Positions 61,801 through 64,000 of a stretch of DNA of 64,000 nt are shown piece after piece. Below the pieces are notes generated by a model. That model was given only the letters and a program-made list of their open reading frames with translations. It was not told the DNA's origin and did not search any database. The position numbers and the translations under genes are program-made. Source of the DNA: Podarcis filfolensis (Eukaryota); the NCBI GenBank assembly GCA_964270895.1, contig OZ185437.1. The stretch is one strand, 5' to 3'. How positions within the stretch are numbered: position 1 is the stretch's first letter; each line of letters begins with the position of its first letter.

Positions 61801-62328
61801 GTGCATCATCCTTCTGTCAGTTGCTTAATTTTTCAGAATTAAAATTAGTCTCCTAATTTGGGGGTGTGGGTGTAAACCCTAAATATATCTCCAGATAAGG
61901 CCAAATAACTCCTTTCTTGCTTTCAAAAACACCCAAAGTCTGAACAGAATTACATGATTTGTTAATATTATGCTGTCAGAGGGTTATTTATATGATATGC
62001 ACTTCTTGGGCAATAGATTTTACAGTATATATTCTATTTGCAATAGTTAAAAGGGCACCCAAGATTAAGTGGGGGCAGAGCTTATCTTCAGTGTTTAGCA
62101 AGGGTTGTTTTATTACCCTCAAGCTGATAGGAATATATTTAATTGCTCCTAGGTGCAAGTGGTTTACATCTTACAAAACACGAGAATTTTCACGGTGGAT
62201 TGGATGCCATTTCGGTTGGAGATGGATTGTTTACCATACTAACAACACTCAGTAAAAAAGCCACTACGGTGCAGGTGATGCTTCAGCCAATTCTTACCTA
62301 CATGGCCTGTGGGTATATGGGGAGACAA
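4988..62328 (+). CDS. BIRC6: BIRC6 (BRUCE/Apollon), partial multi-exon CDS, exons 2-47 (5' and 3' partial)
   Basis: 46 GT-AG exons join in phase (8960 nt with long exon 14 and 23 forms; starts phase 1, ends phase 0) with no stop. Peptides such as AKPGGRVKCQYISAVDKVIFVDDYAVGCRKDLNG, the BIR domain and GARRFVTLDFGRPILLTDVLIPTCGD match vertebrate BIRC6 as I recall it. Confidence 0.98.
6445..6510 (+). mobile_element. Penelope-like element terminus remnant
   Basis: tctgaagtgggctctagcccacaaaagcttgctcacaatatatctgtt resembles the reptile Penelope end I recall (ctgaNgaagtgggc..gcccacgaaagct..aataaa..tgtt). Confidence 0.45.
6549..6692 (+). mobile_element. Decayed tRNA-derived SINE (squamate family A)
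   Basis: A-box tgtagctcagtag, B-box-like ggtttgatc, body ...gagagcagctgcca...aatactgagttaga shared with the copies at 41483 and 62445. Confidence 0.6.
7609..7746 (+). CDS. BIRC6: BIRC6 exon 3 (138 nt)
   Basis: catcttag|GCT CAA CAA ... GCA AAG|gtaaga; AQQLLSACIEKVDVSSTEGYDLFLAQLKDGLKNTSHETAANHKVAK; not in the ORF track. Confidence 0.95.
8828..9032. mobile_element. Tc1/mariner (Tigger-like) MITE, 205 bp, with internal hairpin
   Basis: TA|CAGTCGTACCTTGG ... CCAAGGTACCACAG|TA (TIR 12/14, TA TSD); internal 23-bp inverted repeat 8938-8986. Confidence 0.85.
9311..9504 (+). CDS. BIRC6: BIRC6 exon 4 (194 nt)
   Basis: ttcgtag|TGG GCA ... GAT AG|gtatgg; WATVMFHLPHHVLK...GPGRSVD(R). Confidence 0.96.
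10499..10610 (+). CDS. BIRC6: BIRC6 exon 5 (112 nt), BIR domain N-part
   Basis: ttttaaag|G TCT TTG ATG ... CAT CAG|gtaaaa; SLMYSEANRRETFTSWPHVGYRWAQPDPMAQAGFYHQ. Confidence 0.97.
10960..11305 (+). mobile_element. L2 LINE 3' fragment (ORF2 C-terminus + 3' UTR + A-rich tail)
   Basis: Translates VATQDQASSAVAPYL*NALPREARLAPSLHIFMCQVKTFLYNQAFS*, the L2 RAFS..AP.LWN.LP...F...LKT.LF motif with W mutated to stop. Confidence 0.85.
11660..11807 (+). mobile_element. tRNA-Lys-like head + CR1-tail SINE
   Basis: ggctcagttggcagagcatgagactcttaatctc...gtttgagcccc (A/B boxes, Lys-like anticodon arm) then ggactagatgacc...ccttccaactctgcagttctataattctg (CR1 3' tail). Confidence 0.8.
12065..12211. mobile_element. 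hAT MITE, 147 bp, very young
   Basis: Perfect 17-bp TIR CAGTGGCGTAGCGTGGG / CCCACGCTACGCCACTG; perfect 8-bp TSD GAAAGACC (12057-12064, 12212-12219). Confidence 0.96.
12860..12942 (+). CDS. BIRC6: BIRC6 exon 6 (83 nt), BIR domain core
   Basis: ctaacag|CCT GCC ... CCT TG|gtgaga; PASSGDDRAMCFTCSVCLVCWEPTDEP(W). Confidence 0.97.
13300..13391 (+). mobile_element. L2-type 3' tail with (TAAA)n
   Basis: ttgtaaaccactctgg...tatatattaaataaataaataaataaataaat. Confidence 0.5.
13643..13865 (+). CDS. BIRC6: BIRC6 exon 7 (223 nt), BIR domain C-part
   Basis: cattaag|G TCT GAA CAT ... ATG AAG|gtatct; SEHERHSPNCPFVKGEH...WDVSKLMK. Confidence 0.97.
13952..14112 (+). CDS. BIRC6: BIRC6 exon 8 (161 nt)
   Basis: ttgcttag|GTG CAC ... 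GAT AG|gtatgc; VHLKFEINAYDP...KLEGD; preceded by an 86-nt intron. Confidence 0.95.
15219..15277 (+). CDS. BIRC6: BIRC6 exon 9 (59 nt)
   Basis: gtctttag|T GAT GAT ... ACT G|gtaggc; (S)DDLLEDSDSEEHSRSESVT. Confidence 0.93.
16260..16577. mobile_element. hAT MITE, 318 bp
   Basis: TIR CAGGGGTCGGCAA / TTGGCGATCCCTG (11/13); perfect 8-bp TSD CTGTTGAG (16252-16259, 16578-16585); CpG-rich. Confidence 0.93.
16801..18195 (+). CDS. BIRC6: BIRC6 exon 10 (1395 nt, largest exon)
   Basis: tcccaaag|GA CAT ACA ... ACC AAA G|gtaaga; contains nearly all of the 487-aa ORF 16824-18287, whose last ~30 aa are intronic read-through. Confidence 0.97.
18615..18742 (-). mobile_element. RTE-clade LINE 3' end (5'-truncated) with C2H2-type zinc-finger ORF terminus
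   Basis: Minus strand 18742-18674 reads CPHCGRTCGSRIGLHSHLRTHC*, then a short 3' UTR and GAA-repeat tail; CpGs retained. Confidence 0.8.
21289..21657 (+). mobile_element. ~370-bp dispersed repeat, probably a non-autonomous DNA transposon (copy 1)
   Basis: Starts CAGTGTTTGAAACTCCC; about 90% identical by eye to the reverse complement of 52588-52959. Confidence 0.85.
22578..22727 (+). CDS. BIRC6: BIRC6 exon 11 (150 nt)
   Basis: ttctcag|GT GGA GAA ... ACA G|gtaaac; GGELHFLQIGGTCDDVDEAD...SSPGIT. Confidence 0.94.
23400..23625 (+). CDS. BIRC6: BIRC6 exon 12 (226 nt)
   Basis: taaacag|GA GTT GAT ... GAT AG|gtaaaa; includes Q/H-rich VQQEQQQRRHPQHLHQQHH. Confidence 0.96.
24042..24202 (+). CDS. BIRC6: BIRC6 exon 13 (161 nt)
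   Basis: ctttgtag|C AAC AGC TGG ... AGT G|gtaagc; (S)NSWDEHVFELVLPKAC...LGKVS. Confidence 0.95.
24387..24455 (+). repeat. Old MITE-like dispersed repeat core (related copies near 42445-42520, 46120-46215, 49345-49420)
   Basis: tgcaccctc...ctttggagggttgggga...atttagggggc recurs, in reverse orientation at 42445-42520. Confidence 0.5.
25620..25751 (+). CDS. BIRC6: BIRC6 exon 14 (132 nt long form; 90 nt if acceptor at 25662)
   Basis: tcttcag|AA GCA GCT ... CAA T|gtaagt; (E)AAVDRQIAFPLSPAHNIEIERNGK...DVEETQ; a second in-frame acceptor tcaccag|CT at 25662. Confidence 0.88.
27275..27406 (+). CDS. BIRC6: BIRC6 exon 15 (132 nt)
   Basis: ccccaaaag|GC CCC CGG ... AAA G|gtaatt; (C)PRLCPFLEDHKEDILCGPVW...PKLVK. 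Confidence 0.95.
27633..27811 (+). CDS. BIRC6: BIRC6 exon 16 (179 nt)
   Basis: attctag|GT ATG GCA ... GGC AAG|gtattt; GMAGGKYRSFLIHVK...AKVAAGK. Confidence 0.95.
28046..28423 (+). mobile_element. Sauria SINE (near full length, diverged subfamily)
   Basis: gagctcccgttgctctgtccc...cctagcagtttgaaag...gtgcaagtagataaatgggtacc...gccacatgacctggaa...gagatgagcgcc...cctttaccttacc tail. Confidence 0.9.
28551..28617 (-). mobile_element. L2-type 3' tail fragment with (AAT)n
   Basis: (aat)6...tttatttttaccccgcccatctggctgg. Confidence 0.5.
29763..29893 (+). CDS. BIRC6: BIRC6 exon 17 (131 nt)
   Basis: attatag|GAC AAG ... GAA AG|gtgagt; DKSSNKTEVSNSSRKSDNLRGCDLLQEVSVTIRRFKKTSVSKE(R). Confidence 0.93.
30286..30306. 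repeat. Poly-T (21)
   Basis: Direct count. Confidence 0.9.
30532..30693 (+). CDS. BIRC6: BIRC6 exon 18 (162 nt)
   Basis: ctccacag|A GTT CAG ... GGC AG|gtagaa; VQRCAMLQFSEFHE...SNGPG. Confidence 0.95.
30782..30913 (+). CDS. BIRC6: BIRC6 exon 19 (132 nt)
   Basis: tttttcag|T TCA AAA ... ATA AG|gttggt; SKEANESLLSK...CARFLALCI; preceded by an 88-nt intron. Confidence 0.95.
31126..31223 (+). CDS. BIRC6: BIRC6 exon 20 (98 nt)
   Basis: ttttgtag|C AAT GGG ... GGA G|gtgagc; (S)NGKFEPSQQGFGSILLKALLGNISYLPAAATG. Confidence 0.92.
31689..31836 (+). CDS. BIRC6: BIRC6 exon 21 (148 nt)
   Basis: cctctag|GA TCT GTC ... ACA AG|gtagct; GSVYWYFVLLNYVKDED...EALLQT(R). Confidence 0.95.
32191..32441 (+). mobile_element. 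Full-length tRNA-derived SINE (Squam3-like)
   Basis: gagagccagtgtggtgtagtggttaagagc (A box)...ccgggttcgcg (B box)...gggtgaccttgggctagtcac...cctcacagagtgtttgttgtg...aaatccaaactt ttct tail; family name from memory. Confidence 0.85.
33137..33270 (+). CDS. BIRC6: BIRC6 exon 22 (134 nt)
   Basis: tttccag|A TAT GGA ... TCA G|gtacgc; YGLYSSPFDPVLFDLEMSG...LSDVLS. Confidence 0.95.
34180..34326 (+). CDS. BIRC6: BIRC6 exon 23 (147 nt; 135 nt if donor after 34314)
   Basis: aattcag|GA AAT GGA ... two phase-1 donors: GCA A|gtacgt (34314) and ACT G|gtatat (34326). Confidence 0.88.
34721..34908 (+). CDS. BIRC6: BIRC6 exon 24 (188 nt)
   Basis: catgccag|TG AGT ACC ... CAA CAG|gttgga; STFGVTPAVGG...LLKLQQQ. 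Confidence 0.95.
36198..36512 (+). CDS. BIRC6: BIRC6 exon 25 (315 nt)
   Basis: ccctgcag|AAA GCA ... AGA ACG|gtaact; KAKLEAKLHQTTAAAAAAASAVG...NKSRT. Confidence 0.95.
36904..37003 (+). CDS. BIRC6: BIRC6 exon 26 (100 nt)
   Basis: ttttcag|AAT CCA ... TCA G|gtaaat; NPLGTGLALAISHASHFLQPPPHQSIIIERMHS. Confidence 0.95.
37422..37636 (+). CDS. BIRC6: BIRC6 exon 27 (215 nt)
   Basis: tttaaag|GT GCA AGG ... ATG AAG|gtaaat; GARRFVTLDFGRP...PVCRFMK. Confidence 0.96.
37782..37990 (+). CDS. BIRC6: BIRC6 exon 28 (209 nt)
   Basis: cattttag|ATT ACA ... TGC AG|gtaaga; ITVIGRYGSTNARAKIPLGFYYG...QEDIQC(R). Confidence 0.95.
38239..38585 (+). CDS. BIRC6: BIRC6 exon 29 (347 nt)
   Basis: cttacag|G TAT AAT ... AAT G|gttggt; YNLACHRLETLLQ...LLHSSN. 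Confidence 0.96.
39434..39653 (+). CDS. BIRC6: BIRC6 exon 30 (220 nt)
   Basis: tttaaag|GT CAC TCT ... GAC AG|gtactt; GHSVPVVLQSTFHAQAC...IFPQD(R). Confidence 0.96.
40126..40259 (+). CDS. BIRC6: BIRC6 exon 31 (134 nt)
   Basis: atttag|G GTC TTC ... GAA G|gtaatg; VFMLLSCIGQRSLSN...HRCTE. Confidence 0.95.
40534..40831 (+). mobile_element. Sauria SINE (5'-truncated)
   Basis: gatcagaaggtcagcggttcgaatccccgcgac...gctgtacgccggctccctcggccaataaagcgagatgagcgcc...gtcccttt. Confidence 0.92.
41483..41577 (-). mobile_element. tRNA-derived SINE head (family A), antisense
   Basis: Reverse complement reads ggcacggctcattagtagagcatctgctttgcatacagaaggttccaggttgaatcc. Confidence 0.65.
41651..41788 (+). CDS. BIRC6: BIRC6 exon 32 (138 nt)
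   Basis: ttttaaag|GT GTT CTA ... ACA G|gtgcaa; GVLDIPMISW...KPLNGKERDRFLT. Confidence 0.9.
42700..42788. mobile_element. Short hAT-like MITE remnant
   Basis: Degenerate inverted ends ...gtgccagct / gagctggcacctatg. Confidence 0.35.
43275..43402 (+). CDS. BIRC6: BIRC6 exon 33 (128 nt)
   Basis: cttgtag|GC AAT CAG ... AAA CAG|gtaact; GNQWSFINNNLH...LVHHKQ. Confidence 0.95.
44091..44222 (+). CDS. BIRC6: BIRC6 exon 34 (132 nt)
   Basis: tcttttag|CAA CTT ... TCA AAG|gtatga; QLNLLKAKQKALVEQMEK...QATSK. Confidence 0.95.
44520..44720 (-). mobile_element. L2 3' UTR fragment, antisense (same family as 10960-11305)
   Basis: Reverse complement ctttggctgattaatattct...tttaaatgtgtctgtgg...gaactgccctgaaatc...tatataaatttaa aligns with 11130-11290. 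Confidence 0.7.
45526..45913. mobile_element. hAT non-autonomous element, 388 bp
   Basis: TIR CAGCAATGTCCAAC / GTTGGACGTGCCTG (11/14); 8-bp TSD GTACATAC / GTATATAC (7/8); subterminal gtagatc/gatcgac motifs. Confidence 0.8.
46556..46877 (+). mobile_element. Sauria SINE, young CpG-rich subfamily
   Basis: cctaggacttgccgatcgcatggtcggcggttcgaatccccgcagcggggtgcactcccgtcg...gtgcaagtagataaatagggaccg...ggtaccttt. Confidence 0.92.
47050..47656 (-). mobile_element. Candidate solo LTR (~607 bp)
   Basis: Bounded by TGTTG...CAACA; minus strand has AGTAAA about 55 nt from its 3' end; internal 17-bp tandem duplication gaacaccacaccagaag (47234-47267); TSD poor (aaaca/aaagt). Confidence 0.45.
48537..48752 (+). 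CDS. BIRC6: BIRC6 exon 35 (216 nt)
   Basis: cacacag|CAC TTT ... TGT AAG|gtatgc; HFKDLIRLRRTAEW...LLFVCK. Confidence 0.95.
49800..49880 (+). mobile_element. L2-type 3' end with (TAA)11 tail
   Basis: ctgtgaaccgccctgagacctctgggtttagggcg then (TAA)11 at 49846-49878. Confidence 0.7.
50239..50390 (-). mobile_element. tRNA-Lys-like head + CR1-tail SINE, antisense
   Basis: Reverse complement tagctcagtgggtagagcacaaaactcttaatctc...ggttcaagcccc...cccttccaactctac...attctatgattctatga. Confidence 0.82.
51040..51104 (+). mobile_element. L2-type 3' tail remnant
   Basis: agctgcccttggctccc...gtgggttataaatttgacataataaataaat. Confidence 0.45.
51174..51357 (+). CDS. BIRC6: BIRC6 exon 36 (184 nt)
   Basis: attccag|GTT CTT ... 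GCA G|gtttgt; VLARIANATRPT...LQDILA. Confidence 0.95.
51982..52137 (+). CDS. BIRC6: BIRC6 exon 37 (156 nt)
   Basis: tattcag|GA GAA TTG ... ACA G|gtaaat; GELLAPIAAEAMEE...LTHDIT. Confidence 0.95.
52588..52959 (-). mobile_element. ~370-bp dispersed repeat (copy 2, inverted relative to 21289-21657)
   Basis: Ends ...gggagtttcaaacactg; reverse complement aligns end-to-end with copy 1. Confidence 0.85.
53281..53414 (+). CDS. BIRC6: BIRC6 exon 38 (134 nt; possible 36-nt 5' extension from 53245)
   Basis: cctaaag|GT ACT CCA ... TTC AAG|gtatgg; GTPPLSSLEKDKDIDLELL...AKVFK. Confidence 0.88.
53713..53766 (+). repeat. (TTC)18 microsatellite in intron 38
   Basis: Direct count; uninterrupted. Confidence 0.97.
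53978..54131 (+). CDS. BIRC6: BIRC6 exon 39 (154 nt)
   Basis: ttataaag|CCT ATA ... CAA G|gtaagc; PISSTWYDYWGADYG...SVSVSQ. Confidence 0.95.
54850..54966 (+). CDS. BIRC6: BIRC6 exon 40 (117 nt)
   Basis: ttccaaag|CT TTA GAT ... ACA T|gtaaat; ALDARLEVGLEQQAEL...NTSPT. Confidence 0.94.
55685..55839 (+). CDS. BIRC6: BIRC6 exon 41 (155 nt)
   Basis: ctttcag|TA ACT CAG ... GTT CAG|gtatgt; (L)TQSPSGTDDSLL...QVHHVQ. Confidence 0.94.
56783..56909 (+). CDS. BIRC6: BIRC6 exon 42 (127 nt)
   Basis: cctctag|CTC GAA ... CAA G|gtaagc; LESLLQLWLTLSLNSGSTG...IPLNQ; not in the ORF track. Confidence 0.94.
57420..57530 (+). CDS. BIRC6: BIRC6 exon 43 (111 nt)
   Basis: attacag|CA TCA GTA ... AAC T|gtaagt; ASVTSFLTVLAWYPN...NMQFN. 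Confidence 0.95.
59372..59505 (+). CDS. BIRC6: BIRC6 exon 44 (134 nt)
   Basis: cttacag|CT GGT CCC ... CCA CAG|gtaata; SGPSSAITSQESTAQLLVSDSNLIH...QHSPQ. Confidence 0.94.
60067..60194 (+). CDS. BIRC6: BIRC6 exon 45 (128 nt)
   Basis: cccctag|GTT GGT ... GAG AG|gtaaac; VGPTATQAMQEFLTRL...ILSTE(R). Confidence 0.95.
60251..60373. mobile_element. hAT MITE, 123 bp
   Basis: TIR TAAAGGTGTGAAGG / CCTTCACATCTCTA (12/14); perfect 8-bp TSD GTTGAAAT (60243-60250, 60374-60381). Confidence 0.85.
60490..60652 (-). mobile_element. Old MIR/Squam3-like tRNA-derived SINE, antisense
   Basis: Reverse complement gccagtaacagtggttgagagtgttggattagg...agccatgaagcttgctgggtaatcttg...aacctacttca. Confidence 0.55.
60904..61466 (+). 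CDS. BIRC6: BIRC6 exon 46 (563 nt)
   Basis: ccttccag|G GGT GCT ... ATT G|gtaggt; GAFQAGQGPLDAQVK...AMAMII. Confidence 0.96.
62153..62328 (+). CDS. BIRC6: BIRC6 exon 47 (176 nt), last exon found in window
   Basis: ctcctag|GT GCA AGT ... AGA CAA|gtaagt; GASGLHLTKHENFHGG...GYMGRQ. Confidence 0.95.
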
Positions 62329-62444
62329 GTAAGTGTTTCAAATATTACTTTGTAATTGCGTTGAATGGGCCTGATCCTGTCCCTGCCTAAGGCATTTGGA
62401 AACTCTATATACAACTGTACAATAGCATATTCAACTTAGAGTGT

Positions 62445-62545
62445 CATTGCACATGCTCTGAGTGTCAAAAGTTCCAGGTTCAATCCCCAACACTTGCTTC
62501 CAGTCATTGCAGACAATACTGAGTTAGATGGACCAATGGCCTGAG
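62445..62545 (+). mobile_element. tRNA-derived SINE (family A), internally deleted
   Basis: ccaggttcaatcccc...gcagacaatactgagttagatggaccaatggcctgag. Confidence 0.6.
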
Positions 62546-64000
62546 TTTCTTTTGCATTTCCTATGCAAGGTTGTTGACAACTGAATCCAGGCTCCTGAGC
62601 GTGCTGCTTGTGGAGCCCTTCCCTCCTGTGGCATACAGTGTGTGTTCTTGTGCAGCAGGCTGTGTTGCCAACTAATAATTCTCCTTCCATGTCCTGAAGA
62701 GCACCAGATTGAGGTCGATTTAGATGGAGACAAATGTGTCTTCTTCATAACTTTTGTGTGGTCTCAGGATGCTTCCACCAGAACAGCTTTGAACATGCTG
62801 CAGAATGTAGTTTCCAATGGCTACAAAGTGAGCAAATGCAATCCTTGGATGTGTGAGTAGTAGTTCTAGTAGAGATAGGGAAGCACTGATAATTCTTTAA
62901 GCAAGCTCTGGTGAAATGGGATATTATATATATTTTTGTTTTCCTCTCCATGTTCATTGACTTAATTCTTTTACACTGTGCTGCATAAAGCCATTTCAAG
63001 CTCTGTGGAGGGAATTCCCTATCTAATCTTAATGCACCAGAGGAAGCAGAAGAAGACCTACAACTAATAGCAGTTTATTAGTAGTGTGGTGCTGCACTGT
63101 AAAAAGTGTTTTTGGATGACTCGCTGGCTCTCTACTGCTCATGTGCATGACTGAGCATCATATTGAGAGTGCCAAGGAATTTTCTCCAAAACCTGAAACA
63201 GATTGATTGGTCTATGACCATTTTAGGCTTTTTGCCTTCTGTGCAACATGTGGCAGGACTAGATCTACCTGAATAATCTAAAGCCGTTTTGCAAGCACCT
63301 TTTATCTGCTTGTGATGCACTGGAGTCCATATTACGTAATTTGATCTGTTGGGGATATGGGTTGATGGATAGCTATTCTGCTTCTAATGGCCTGTTTACA
63401 GCTGGGTTTTTCTTATGTTAGCTCATGCCAGTTTTAGTAGTATTTTGTTCTGTTTTGAAATGTCTGTTTTAACATTGTTTTTAAATTTCCTTATGATTTC
63501 TTAAAAAAAAAATTTTTTATTTGCTGCACATCTGACTGGGTTCCCCCAGAAGTGGCATAATCAATAAAAGTAAGACTATCTAAATATTTGGATGACCGAT
63601 TAGCTTGGCTAATCTGTCAGCTGATAGTGATTTTTTGAATCTCTATTAATCTTTGTGATTAAAAATGGAGAACTCCCTAAATCCTGGATCAACATGCAAG
63701 TATTAACTAGTTTTTGGATTTGCTTTTGGTTTTATTAAATAATTTTATTTCATTAGTAGATTTTTTACATGCTTTTTTAAGGTCAATACAGGTATTATTA
63801 GATTTCTTTGTTTCACTGCTGCTGCAGGGCTAGTCAACTAATTGGTCGTAATTTTCTCATCTCATTAGTATATTGATCAGGCATTACAATTGAATGTTCC
63901 ACCATCTATTGCTTAATGTTTGGTTTGAAAAAAGTGGACGGCATGCATTGTTCCCTTTTAGTATGAAGAAATAAACTATAAAAGTCTGATCATTTGGAAG

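Noticed and set aside
62329-64000. Next BIRC6 exon (expected GSLATCQLSEP...)
   Set aside because: No matching reading frame with splice sites found; it must lie beyond the window
1-64000. CRISPR arrays, operons, rRNA or other prokaryotic systems
   Set aside because: The sequence is vertebrate intron/exon DNA; no regular repeat-spacer arrays or rRNA motifs

Overview
Eukaryotic (squamate lizard, probably lacertid; inferred from Sauria-SINE and other squamate repeats) genomic DNA lying entirely inside one gene on the + strand: BIRC6 (BRUCE/Apollon), the giant BIR-domain E2/E3 ubiquitin enzyme. I read 46 consecutive GT-AG exons (exons 2-47 by correspondence to human BIRC6 as I recall it) from 4988 to 62328. 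With the long forms of exons 14 and 23 they total 8960 nt, splice in phase and give about 2986 codons with no stop. The single BIR domain is in exons 5-7. Exon 1 is upstream of the window; the remaining exons, including the C-terminal UBC domain, are downstream. Introns hold Tc1/mariner and hAT MITEs (several with exact TIRs and TSDs), Sauria SINEs, other tRNA-derived SINEs, L2, CR1 and RTE 3' ends, a candidate solo LTR and microsatellites. Most ORF-track entries are spurious or antisense/intronic extensions of exons. I found no CRISPR, rRNA or real tRNA genes, and nothing I can establish as a new biological system. The best leads are hypotheses: (i) a ~370-bp, ~90% identical inverted repeat pair bracketing exons 11-37, whose back-splice would be a stop-free in-frame circle; (ii) a very young hAT MITE carrying TTAGGG repeats; (iii) a decayed Penelope-type hammerhead motif; (iv) several in-frame alternative splice sites; (v) an unexplained ~400-bp intronic segment with three overlapping ~100-aa ORFs. 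Comparisons with human sequence are from memory and need checking.
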